Assembly (NCBI GenBank): GCA_000165425.1
Contig: CT867987.1
Coordinates: 186,001-250,000 of the forward strand
Length of the DNA: 64,000 bases
Reading direction: 5' to 3'
From: Paramecium tetraurelia
Lineage: Eukaryota
Position numbers and translations under genes: made by a program. This document shows, piece by piece, positions 51,401 through 64,000 of the stretch (within the stretch, counting starts at the first letter, position 1; each line of letters opens with the position of its first letter). The notes under the pieces are model-generated. The model searched no databases, was not told the DNA's origin, and worked only from the letters and a program-made list of their open reading frames with translations.

Positions 51401-54296
51401 TCAATACTTCTCCTCTTCAGTATTCAAACGAATTCTTTATTGGTCCGATTAAAGTAATTTAAACTTTGAAACAAACTCTGATGGGTAAAGTATATAATTG
51501 ATGTACTTTTAAATTAAAGTTTTTAATAATGGATTTCCTGGCTTGTTTGCTTTGCTAATTTACCTATTAAGATTATATTGAGGAAAATAGTCATGGTAGC
51601 ATTTAATGGTTTCAAATTCCATTAAGCCTTTTTTCTAATATTTTTATTTATTAACCTATTTCAAATATAGTAATTCAATTGCTTATTTATCTTCAGGACT
51701 CATGTTTTTTATTTAATTTAAATTATCATACCTAGCCCTTAACTCTTCATCAAAATTAATATCATAATTTGTACTAATCAACTCTTACAAATAGTTTTAT
51801 TTATACGCATTATTATTCAAACTTAATTGATAAATATTCATCATATTTACTGCTTATGACTATCTTCTAGATGTTAAGCTATTTTGTCTTTAGAGTCCTA
51901 TACTCTCTAATTAGATATCTAATTATTATTTTTTGTTAGATTGATTAAGACCAACTTTTTTGTTGTTATTTATACTTCTTTTAATTTGATCAATGTTATT
52001 CCCTGGTATATAAGAAATTGCTAATACTGATTCTCTCTTGAACTGTTATTTTTAATTTAAAGTTGTTGAAACTCTCAGATTATCCATTTTTTAATCTTGT
52101 TATTCAATCACATCATCTTAAATATTGCTTAAAGTATTTTATTCATTTAACTTATCATTAATCTTAATATTATTAATATTGATAGCTTATTGAGGTATGT
52201 AATATTTTTTTATAAATTGTGACTTTGTTTCATTAAACTCCTAATTATCTAGTTCAGGAAGAACAATTCTAGATAATTTATAATACCTTCTTTCAAATTC
52301 ACGTCTTGTTTACTTTTTCGGATATTGGCATCTTTTAATCAAAAGATCTTTCTAAGGTACATAGTGAAGCATTTAACAATTGATAATTTCGTGTCCTGTT
52401 TAAAAGCAAGAATCACATTACTTTTAGATATAGGAGGATTTAAAGTTGAATAACAAATCATCTTTGATGGCACAGAATTTTTCATAATCATTAGGAAAAT
52501 CTTTTAAATCTTATAAGAAATCTTATCTGGATAGGATCTATAATTTAGTAAATCCAATACTTTTTAGTCTTTGGTTTTTACTTTGAAATCCTAAAAATAA
52601 GTTCTCCAAACCAATAACATCATCTTTTTTTGCTTTTTAAATAACCAACCCAGATTCAATTAGTAAATTGATTTCTCCTTCATCAACAAAGTAGCATGAG
52701 ATTTTATTATCTAATTCAATTATTTATTCTGGTTACAATTAAATAGATTAGACCTTTTTGAGCAGACTTTATTGTAATTAATGACTAAAATTCAATTATA
52801 ATAATGGAACTTTAGCAAAGATTCTGCTGTTAGCCTAAATAATGAGTTATTCCCTTAAATTTTCAGATAATTAAGATATTATTACTTTCTCTTCTTCTGT
52901 GTCTTATCCTTATAATGATTCCCAATAGTGATTTAAATACTATCTAATTTAGTTTTGTATATTATAAGGAACCCTCTTTTTGTTCATGTAACTATTGATA
53001 GTTCTTAATTTATTTCTGGTTTCTTCTCCATAATCAGATATCTTTTCAATGATAGACCCCACAGTATTAATTGAGTAAGGAAGTTAAATACTTGAGATAA
53101 GGATCAGAAAAATACAGATTGATTTCTCTAACCCACTTTTAGGAGTGATATCACCATATCCAACTGTAAACATTGTAACGCAAACATAATAAAATGATTA
53201 CAAATATTCATCTGTCCAGTCTATTATTGGTAGATCCTTGAGAGTGTCCAGCCATGTGAATTCATAATTCTCTCTGCTATAATTTCCAACCTTGATAAAT
53301 ACTTAAAATTAGTACCCAAAACCACAGACAGGAGAATAAGTGAATGACATAAAATAATAACAGTAAAAATTTGAGCAATTCTAAACAACTGGATACTTTT
53401 TTAGATAAATTTAATGCTAATTCATATTGGCTTGTTTTGTAATGCACATTAATTTAATGAGACAGCACACTTAATAAAATTAAGTACACAGGATTCTCAG
53501 TCACATTTATCATAATATCTGTTGATTTGCAAATTATGAATAATATTATCAAAATGATTGTTGAAATCCACTCTAATCCAAGAGATTTTGTGATTTAATG
53601 TTTAAAGATTTATATTCGATTGGTAATTAATGATCCTGCATTATAATAAGCAGTATTAAGACCAATTATAAAATCAACAACTAATATGATGAGCATAATG
53701 ATTGTTGACGAATAGTATCTATTGTAAAGCAATGATCTACTTGTCCATGCTAATTCTAAAGGGATTAGATACAAAAAGTATAATTTGGATGAAATTGCAA
53801 GTATATCCCATAATACAATTTTCGTACTCTCTGGATATAACAAAGGCAATGCTTTAATATGCTGTGTTAAATTATCCACAAAGGGCTTAAAAATTCTCAA
53901 AAGTTTCTTTGTTAGCAACTTATCAATAAAGATTTTACAGGATGTTTATCTTTGAAATAAACTAACATTTTCAATGGCTTTATCATTCAAAAGGCTTAAA
54001 TGAAAATTAGTAAGATTTTTCAGATTGTTTTTACGAGCAAGTAATTTTTCAAAAATCTTTTTGGCATTATTATTTTCTGCCTAAAGACTTTTCAATACTA
54101 ATCGTTCTTAATAATCCACAGAAATTTGTTTTCCCACAAAATTCAGCAATCTTTATCCTAAACTCTTCGTTCGAGAGGGTAAAAAACTGCTTTTCCTGGC
54201 TGCCGATGTTCTCAAATGCTGGTCCATTTCTCTTTGAGTTTCCAGACGCTCATTATTTGAGGTTGGCAATTTCTAATTTTTCTAATGATTACTCAT
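51401..54296 (-). CDS. 6-TM K+ channel with CNBHD (second family member)
   Basis: KIVLWDIL S1, pore FYYVCVTMFTVGYGDI, C-linker INSYMNKKRVPYNIQNQIRQYL, CNBHD and CDSCFQTGHEIINC knuckle. One 25-nt intron near 53291-53315. TGA at 51401. Confidence 0.9.
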
Positions 54297-54338
54297 GATA
54301 ATTTTAATAAAATAGAATGATAAAACAAATTAAAAAAG

Positions 54339-56152
54339 TCAAGAATGATTTTGTTAATTCTTATAGTTATTTAAATATAGTTATTGATTTTATTTAGCTA
54401 CTTTTCTGATCAATTATTAAATGTTTTGCTATTATTAATTATTAAGAATATTATTCTAAAAGGAGCCTGACTAGATATTGTTATAATTAGTTTTCATCAA
54501 ACTATTGTAATCTAGGTTGCTATTTTTGAAAAGCTATTCAACATTGGGTCTTCTTTCAGTTAGGCAATTATAATCTTGCTGATAATCCTTTTAAAATAGG
54601 GCTCGGTTATCTGAGACCTGTTTTCTGTGAGTGGAGGATTAGAATGGCTATATTTCTTTGAAAACATGATTAGTCAATTAAGTTCTGTGGTGATCATTTT
54701 GTAGAGTGATAATTCTTTCTTGATTGGATCCTTGGCGAATGTGGATATTTTGGGATGCTGTCTTTCTGGAAATCTCTTTGTTTCTGTTGGTTGGTTGACT
54801 TTTTAGATTATGAAATTAGGGTGGTTGATGCTGGGTTTTGGTTTTAAGAAGTTTGCAATTATCTAGTTTCATTTTCTGAATTTGTGGACTATAATTGAAG
54901 TGATTAGAGCTTCCAGTTGTTGGACGATGTGTTAAAGCTCCAGTTTTCCATTTGTAGTCTGATTCAATAATTTGATCTTCAATAAGTAATTTGGATATGA
55001 AATTATTGCCGTTAAGTTTGAATTATGATTGCTGTGTTTTAAGTATTTATTAAGTATTATTTTAATTGAAATTTAATTGATTTGTAGGTGAACTTGATTT
55101 ATAGGGTTCTTTGTTGACTCTTAATTTCGATCTATTTTTTAATGACTCACTTAATTTGGAATCAATTTTAATAATGTTTTCTTCAGTGTGTAGGTTAGTT
55201 TTAGACTATCTTTGATCGATTGTAGATTGGGTGGAAGGATAGTCAAAGTTTTGAGTTTTCAAAAATGATTAAATGTCAGTTGATTTTTGTTTATTGGTTA
55301 GTCTCTGTTTGATGATAGAATGAATGAGCTTTTCCTGGGGTTAGCTCAGTTTGGTTTATTGTTTCTAAAGGGGTAATTATTATTTTGATTATTATTAATT
55401 GATAAAGTCTAAGAAATGATTTAATTTGATTTCTTCATTCTTGTTGTTGTTTGTGGGAATGAAGAGAGATGATTGGTCAGGACAATTGGCTATTTGTTTA
55501 CATATTTCATTTAAGGTTTAGGAGACATCAAATTTAATTCGAGTGGGTTTATCAATTTGCTAAGAACATGAAGATGAAAATTACTTATTGTAATTAATCG
55601 AGACAGCTTAGTTCTTTGAGTATTTGAATATTTTTGATATTGGATTCAGGCACATCTTATTCCTTATTTGGTTGACTTAGTTGTGAATTCAGAGGAGAGG
55701 GTCTTTCTCCTATGATTCCTTTTGGTGGTCTGTGAGGATTGTTTCTGTTTTCTTGATCGATAATTTTGGCAATTCTATAGTATTCAATCTTGCGCTTCTT
55801 GTCGTAGTATTTATTTAAGATAGTCGCGACTGGTTCTTGAAACATTCTTGCGATATCATGATGAAACTATATTAATGATACAATTGTACTTTATAATATT
55901 CGGCAAGCAGTTGTATCTTAACAGGATATTCAGATAGGTGATAGATACGTTTTAGATATTCATCCTTTATAATTATGAGAGTGATACTTGTTCATCATAA
56001 TAATTCCAATCTTTGAATCTGACAGTTGACTTCGTAATGGCTTCGTTGAGAATTTCATTAATGTCTCTGGTGAAGTAGTAGTTCTAAGATTGACAGTATT
56101 TGTTGAACAGTTTGGAGTTTATGTTTTACTTTGTTTGATTAAGGATGCTCAT
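54339..56152 (-). CDS. Hypothetical protein with structured N-terminal domain and long Q/N/S/K low-complexity tail
   Basis: MSILNQTK..QNYYFTRDINEIL..FKDW..DEYLKRIY..EYYKFHHDIARMF. Three tiny introns (23, 23, 25 nt) restore the frame to TGA at 54339. Confidence 0.75.
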
Positions 56153-57796
56153 AATGAATAATAAATTATATGATAAAATTATGTGAAGAGATTGTTAATC
56201 AAATTCCAAAAAAGTAAATGTACAAATTCTAGTCATTTACGACCTTACCCATGCTAGGGAAAAGCAATCACTCGAATTTTAAGAAGTAACAATATGTCAT
56301 GGATCTATTAATATAATATTGTTTCCATTGCAAACTGCTGAAGTGAAAGAAGATTATAATGACAGGAGAAGACCTCTATCGTTCTAATTTGCTATTTGAA
56401 AACTCAATTGATATCATCTTAGGTATAAAAATAGATATTGCTTAATTAATTGAGAAGAAAGTGTGCCACATAGCATATATATATCAAAAGAGAGGTTTAC
56501 AACTCCATTAACACATTGATAATGTGATAATTGCCAAAATTATGTGATCAATAGTACTTACAAGTTGACTTGAAGAATAGATTCTTAATACTAATTATAT
56601 TAAGCGATGTCTCATTGAAATTGCCTTATCAGCTGTTTTCATTATTAATAATATATTAATTGACTTCTCTGATTAGCTAATTGATCACTAACAATAAGAA
56701 ATTAAAGAGTAAGAAAATAAAATTATTTAGAGATCAAGAACTAATAAAGATTATTGAAATTACTTTCCAAATTGATTCTAACCTATAAGTGACTAGAGGG
56801 TCTGAAAATTCCACAATGATTCAAATTGTTATCAAATTTATCAACGCAAAGCCGTCATGCAACCCTTTATAAATTTATTAAATCAAGAATATAAGCTTTG
56901 AGTACTTTCTATAACTAAACTGTCTTCTATAAATTGGAAAGAACATATCAAGTTATTTAAATTTATGGTTTCCATACTTTATAAACTTAGCCCAATCTTA
57001 GATTTTTTAAATATTTAAACCCAACAACTTTACAAGATATGAGAAAATTAAATCAAGTTTTCAGAACCAATAGTAGCATAAACTAGATGTAATTTGAAAT
57101 AAATAATTAGTTATTTAAATAGAAGTATGAATTTTCTTATTATTTTTAAGTATCAGTAAAGGATAAAGTTTGAATTGAAACATAGTAACCAATCAGATAG
57201 AAAATGTGGAATGTGAATAATTGTAGTCACTTGTAGAGTGTTTTAAAAAATATATTTTACATAAGGTATTTTCCATTAATTAAATCAAAATTGAGTTATT
57301 TATTTAGTAAAACTCAGTGTGAAAATGCTTTAATTTTCATTTAATAATAATTGCAACAGCAAATATGATTGTGAACATATGAAAAACAATCAAAAATATA
57401 AACTAGACAGGAAATGTTCTTTTGGGAATAATTGGAATAAAATAATAATGAATTTATATTAATTTCTTAATTATTGGTTGTGAAGGAGTTATAAATTTAG
57501 ACTTGAATAGAACAAGAATAAACTAGGTTAACTGATTCTGTAGTTATGGTAGACGAGACATTCTTGTCTAAATGTTTACGCAAAGACTACTTTTGTTGGT
57601 TTATACCATAGTAATATCAATAAAACTTTTATTTACATACTATATTTATTTTTAATTATTGGATGCCATTTTGAAAAGATTAAACAAGTCTGTAAGAGTG
57701 CTAAGGGATAATAAGATCAATGTTCTTTCGAATTTCGTTGATACAATTAATAGTCTAATTTAAAATTTATGATTTTGATAAAATAATTAATAATTA

Positions 57797-60700
57797 ATGT
57801 ACTGCTTATTTCTCATTGAATATTTCAAGCAGAGATCAAGAGACTTTATTGAATTTATGAATGAAAGTTAAACAGAAATAAATAGCACGTTGATTATGAT
57901 CATCTTTTCATTTCAGAGGGTAAGTTTACTATTCGATTTTGATAAATTTGCCAATAAACCATACATTGATTTTAAATTGCAAATTATGTAACACTTCTTC
58001 AATTGGTTTACACTCTAAACTCCTATCTAACTAATTGGTAATTCAAGCCTAAACCAAATTTTATCATACATAATTTGTGTTTATTTATGGATGATCTTAG
58101 TAATAATATTTACAAAGTTAAAATTAAGATATACATTACAAAGCTTCTTTACTTATTACTAATTATTAGTGCTTATGCCTATAATCAAGCACTTAAGCAA
58201 TTAATTACAAAATGAGTAAGACCTCATTTTAAATATCCTAAACTTCATAGCTATCTTCATATGCTACATTCTCTATTTCCTAGTGAATAGGAACTACTTT
58301 TTACCTCAGAAAAATGTATTTCTAAGAAGATACTCCTATTTCAATGCCATGTTGATAATTAGTGATGTTGCATTAATGATCATAAAGTCAATAGTAAGTG
58401 AACTTATTTGCTCCATCTTCTTAGTACTAATGTTTTTCCTATTTCTGATCGACTCTATCATAATTCAACCTTACTGTCAAGAAATCAATTCAAAATATGT
58501 AAGTGCAACTTCTTTGATGTTTTTTATCTCTCTATTAAAACTAGTATCGTTTGAAATAGGCTAAACTGAAACATTTTACTTTGTTTTGTTACTTTCAACA
58601 TCATCAGTTATGATAATCACATAATTGTATAAGCAATAAATTAGCAACCAAATATATAATTCAAACATTAGTCAAGAAAAGATGTTGGCAATCATCGATA
58701 TTTTAAGTTAAACTAAAACAAACCCAATATATTTGCATTCCATATTATGTCATGTTAAAAATAAGTATGGAATTTGGATTGAATGTGAGAGTTTCTTTTT
58801 AAAAATCCAATAAACTATACTGAGCTTAATGAATTTAGTGATTGAGCAAATAAAAACAAAGGATATCCTTGTTACAGAGAACTTGCAACTTTATAAAATA
58901 ATGTACATCATCAATGCGTGCAAGAAAACACAGTTAGGGTACATAGAGTTGAAACAGTACATGACTAATTCATAGAGATAATCTTTTTATTTCTAAGTCA
59001 TCTCTAATATATTGCAAGAGAAAATGGCAGAAAAAAAGAAGTAACTTCAGTTTGGAGATCAAGAGAAGAAATTGTAATTATCTGATATTCGTAAAGCTGA
59101 ATTGTTGTATGAAGACAACTTGAGTTTAATGATTTCAATATTGGATACTAAGATAAAATTTTGGATTGATTTAGATAAGGGATATTAGAGAATTGAAGAT
59201 TTTGCTCTCAGTACTTTTAATTTAAGTGAGAAGATCTGGAAATTGAGGGATGCATTGTTTAATTGGTTTGCCATTTAACCAATGAAATTGCAAACTCGAT
59301 TAGTACACTTCAACATATTAGAGTTAAAATTATTATCTATCTTATATTCAGCCATCTTGAACGATTATCATGCAACTTTGGACATAGAATAACGAATTGA
59401 TGAGATTATGTCATTTGAAAGGAATGTACAAACTGAGAATATAAATAACTTAACACTCTTCAATAATGATTTGGTCATGGTTGCTACAAGTTTTGCAAGA
59501 TAAAGAAGTTTAATCTTAAATAGGAATAGAGGCTAATTGGCTCAGTTCTTTGGATTTAAGGATGAGAAGGATTTCTAGAATATACTCTATATAGAATAGT
59601 TAATGCCAACCTACATCTAATAGATTCATGATAAAATTGTATTTAGATACATGAAGAAAGGATATTCATTATTGATTGAACACTCAAAGGAAGTTTATTT
59701 GAAAATGAAAAATAACTTCATTTAAGCTGCTAATATCAGTTTGCTGCATATGTTTGAAAACGATTCTGATTACATAATCACAGGAGCATTATAGAAAGTC
59801 AAATAGAGTTATGACTTAATGATTTTTGATCGGCGTGGTAAGATATTAGGCGTAAGTTAATAGCTCTTTAGCATTCTAGGTCAAGGATTCACTTTGGACT
59901 AATTATTAAGTAGAGGATTTGTGTATTTTTGGTTCTAGACTATATTCCAATAAATTAATGAGGATAAGGAATTGTTATTGCAATAGACTGAACTATAAGC
60001 AAGGGGAACACCTAAATCATATGTGTTATCTCCCATTAATAATTTCAATCAATTGTGTTAAGATCATGATTTTAGCAGAGCCAACAGCACTGTTAAGAAT
60101 CAAGAATCATAGAATTATTTCACAGAAAATAATGAAACTGAATAATAGCATTATTACACTTAAGCTAACATCAATTCGATTCACTTTCTTAGAGAATAAA
60201 ATGTATCATTTATTAATGATTTTTTATCAAAGTTCAGTTAGGATAAATACATTGATTAAGATGCTCAATTTTCAATTAAATATTAGTTGTACTTTTCAGT
60301 ATTAGGTGGTGATATCCTTCCTCAATTTGTATTGTAAATTAATGATATTGAAAAACTTAATAAAAAGAAGTCTATCAACCATCCCTCTACTAGTTATTAT
60401 AGTACAATAAAGAAAACACTTCCAAGTGATCCCTTTAACGAATCTGAATTCTAATTAGATCATGATGCTATTGACAATGCTATCAGTTTCAATCCCCCAA
60501 TTATAAACAAGATCAATAAAATACAAAATCAAGATTTGGATGAAAATTAGAAAAAATAATCATATATGAATGAAAGTCAATAATAATAACAATTGATATC
60601 TCCACGAGGAAATAAAGAAATCCTAATTAATGTAGGGTACGACGAAGAAGATGAAGAAGAACAAAAATAGGCTTATGAAATTGCTAAGAGCAGCTCTCAA

Positions 60701-62801
60701 TAAAAATAAAATAAATAGAATGTTGAAGAGGTAATATAACAATACAAAGAAATGGAATTGGAATTTAAAGACAATGCTAAGTAGTCCTAATCTAGTGCCA
60801 CATCTGATAGGACTTAGATGTCTGTATTCAATATCCTCAGAAACCTACAATATACTTAACGCTATTAAACTACTCTTATTAAAGTCTTTATCAATACAAT
60901 GCTACTCTTTCTGGTTCTGCTCTTTTTAGTGATTCTTGAGTTGATTATTGCAAGAAGTAACACGAACAATCTTCAATATCAAATTCCTCTTGTCAGATTA
61001 CCAGATAAATTTAATAGATTGTATTGCACATTTACTGTTCTAGGATAAATTGATTTAGAAATGAGATTGCTTGGCTTTTAATATGGGGATTATTATGTCT
61101 ATAGGATTTAACAAGAAAGCAATAGTCTAAGAGTGGAACTATTAGATTTGATTGTTTAAATAGAGCAAGAGTTCTCAATTCTAGATTAACAAGGAAAGTT
61201 GAACAAGGCTGAAATTAAAATAGTTAATGAATTTGTGTATTAAGTTTAAAATATTTCCTTTTTGTAATTTAATTAAATGGTCAATGAATATACTGAAGCA
61301 TTAGATAAACTACTTGATGAGAATGATGAGTTGTCTGTAATTAATTAATAAATACGACTACTATTTTTGAAGGCAAATCTCAATAATTTAATTGATTTTG
61401 TAAGCAATGTAGTAGAAAATATCGTGAGCGAATTCTTCTCTAATATTGATAATTATGAGTTTTTATATCTTGTTTTTCTATTTGTTCAACTATTGATAAT
61501 CATTGTAGCTGTGTTACTTTAATTCAAATTATGGGTAGAACCATATGTCTATAAACAGAATATACTTCTAATGATTTGTAGAGTACAAGAGAAAGATATA
61601 GAACTATTGTTATTGAAGTACAAGACATTTAAGGATGTCTTGTTAAATGATATTAGTAAGTGGAAATAGATCAATTATTTTAAAGAGTTCTTTGTTTGCA
61701 GAATATCGCAATTAAGAAGAAATCAAAAACTTACTCATTCACATCAAGTTGAAAAAAAACAATTAAAATTATAATAAAGAGCCAAGTTGAATTAACGAAT
61801 TTAGGAGACTCAGTATTCCATATTGCATATCTATTTGATGTTGTTCTTTCTTTGGTTTATATTAACAGCATATGTGTTATCATCCTATCTATTTTAGGAT
61901 ATAAACATCACGGATTCGTTTCCTGAATTGAATTTATGTATGCAATTTGTGAGATTTAAATAAAGATTTGACAGTTGTTTAATCATTAGTTAGTTGATAA
62001 AAAATTAGTTATTACTAAGTGAATATCAGAGGAAGAGTGGTATTTATTTCAAAAACCCAGAATACAATAAAACGGATGGATTTTTTCAGGAGAATAATTA
62101 GGTGCTTTTAAAACAATTCAAAACTAGCCAAGACTTATAGAAGGAATAATATAATTCAATTTATGATAATATAGTGGCATCGACTAAAATTAGCGATTAT
62201 AATAAGCACTTATTGTTAGGGTTATTTTAAGATGATCTTTGTGATTATATAGGTGACTAGTTGCCGTTTTGTTTTTATTAGAATGGGAAATTTCAATACT
62301 TTCCAGATTTCCCATTGCCATTAGATATAAATAACAATCGAGAGCATCTCAAATAAGGGTTTAATGGATTGTACTAAGAGTAAAATTAAATATAAATATT
62401 GTAGAATTTAAGCTCTTTTTTCGAGTAAATTTGTAAAGGAATTAAATGGGGAATTGGAGACAGATGTAGATGAAATTGTTAATTTTTTGGAGACTGCTGA
62501 AAATCTTTAATTATTGATGCCATATTTTTTTGATCTTAATAAAGCGATAGTAGAATTTTACGTAACGATAATATCTACATCTGTTGATATTTTAGAAACA
62601 GATTATTAAAAATATTTAATCTATTATATTATTTTTGGAATAGCAGCATCAGCAATGTTATTTTCAGTTGTAATTTTTGCAACAAGGAAACTATAAAGAT
62701 AAATTAGAGCAATTAGATAAGCATTAGTATTGTTACCGCATGAAAGTTTATTGGATGTATAAGTATATAATGCAATAAAGAGATTCGAGTAAAAGATGTG
62801 A
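57797..62801 (+). CDS. Giant multi-TM PAS-domain protein (TmcB/TmcC-like), copy B, about 1659 aa
   Basis: Same architecture as copy A. PAS-like IEQLMPTYIQQIHDKIVFRYMKKGYS, LMIFDRRGKILGVS, shared motifs IPLVRLPxxFNRLYCTFT and IVASTKISD. One 25-nt intron at about 62380-62404. Confidence 0.8.
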
Positions 62802-62845
62802 CAAATAATTTTGAAATTAAAAACAAATATTATGAACTAGAATAT

Positions 62846-64000
62846 TCAAATTTAATATGAGTAAAATGCTTCGAGCTCCTTTTGAATTTCTTCAAAATTG
62901 TTCATATGATAAGTTTCCTCATCTTCAAAATCATTTTCATCAAGTACATAGGGATAGGGTTGATCGTCTTATAAAATTGGAGGCTAAGCAGCCATTGATC
63001 TTTTTTTTTTAAATAAATTTTCATTCCTCTCTTTTTACATTTTCTTGTGAAAGTCTTAGACCTTCTAATGGGTAATTGAAATAGCATACCATTTAGAGTA
63101 ATTGTTTGGTATCTTCTTAATATTTCTTATCGGTTTGAATTTCCTCAATTTATATATTTGAGTTTGAGTTTAGAGATAATAATTGCATGAATTAAATATT
63201 ATTAAACAGAAATAAGATAAGTATCACAAATAATCCCTGCAATTCATTAATCATATCTGGATAATAAGCGAAAACTAAATACAATTAAGAATTACTCTCT
63301 ATGAAACTAACTGAGTTTGCTATACTTTTGCCACAAAGATCGATCTCCCAGATATTCATTTACTTGATAGCTGATTAGATCCGTGTCGAAGTCCAAATTA
63401 TCTGAATTTTTCCTAGAAGATGAGTAGAATGGATTTACAGAAAGACACTGTTGACTACCTAATAACATTTCAAAGTAGACTACCTTAAAAGGAAGCCAAT
63501 GTGGGTTTTTTATTCTCTTCTCTTCCATTAAGATTGTTTCTACTTGAGAATTGCGGAGGTGGAGCCAATAATTGATTAGTACTATACAATAAGCAAACAT
63601 GGCTTTACTTTTATTGATTCAAAATGCCTGACAATTATTTCTCAATTGATTTCTTCATTTCTATGCTGTTATGAGGGACCAAAGAATCATAATGTGTAGA
63701 AGATCTAATCTCACTCCAATCATAGAATCCATCAAGATTTAATTTTAAAGATTCAGCTGCTTTTTTTAGCTCAAATGTAATCATCTTGTAATTTGGCTCA
63801 CTCTAAAACTGTAATTTACGTATATAACTAATGTAATTAGAAATGGAATACTCAAATATCTTTTGAAATTCTTTAGGCTAATCTCTAAATATTTCCTACT
63901 GTAAGAGTATTTTCATCTCACCAACCTTTTTCGTTCTTTCATCATCAGTAACATTTTACATATTTTGCCAAGGCAGCTATCTTGATATTAATTAAGATTT
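62846..64000 (-). CDS. Hypothetical protein, start lies beyond the right edge of the window
   Basis: Code-6 frame includes track ORF 63307..63600 and an acidic tail DENDFEDEETYHMNNFEEIQKELEAFYSYQI-TGA at 62846. Confidence 0.6.

Noticed and set aside
59919..63087. Track ORFs 59919..60305(+) and 62902..63087(-)
   Set aside because: Off-frame overlaps within PAS copy B and the last gene.
1..64000. tRNA, rRNA, telomeric repeats, transposase or reverse transcriptase genes, retained IESs
   Set aside because: None recognised by eye; short RNAs or IESs cannot be excluded without covariance models and germline reads.

Overview
This is a gene-dense, very AT-rich eukaryotic window that reads as a ciliate macronuclear chromosome, most likely Paramecium. 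TAA and TAG encode Gln, TGA is the only stop, introns are tiny (about 21-30 nt, GT..AG), and intergenic gaps are often under 40 nt. The supplied standard-code ORF track therefore only shows fragments. Re-reading by hand in genetic code 6 gives about 26 genes: a four-domain (24-TM) voltage-gated-type cation channel, two GYGD K+ channels with cyclic-nucleotide-binding-homology domains (CNBHD) plus a decayed third CNBHD gene, a CSC1/OSCA-like channel, a K+-dependent H+-pyrophosphatase, two paralogous giant PAS-domain membrane proteins (TmcB-like), three kinases (ULK-like, AGC, Tousled-like) and a pseudokinase, two acylation-motif MORN proteins, a bZIP factor, a hormone-sensitive-lipase-family enzyme, an arrestin-fold protein, EB1, an OXR1-like LysM-TLDc protein, a RING-like protein, mitochondrial uL23 and several hypothetical genes. 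The most striking observations are: (1) the four-domain channel has a D/D/D/D (CatSper-like) selectivity filter and charge-poor S4 helices; (2) the K+ channels have uncharged S4, degenerate cNMP pockets and an exact CX2CX4HX4C zinc knuckle after the CNBHD; (3) two divergent genes have start codons only 4 nt apart; (4) one MORN gene has a 2-nt frameshift that is cancelled exactly if a 25-nt intron is retained. All gene models are manual and no database search was run.
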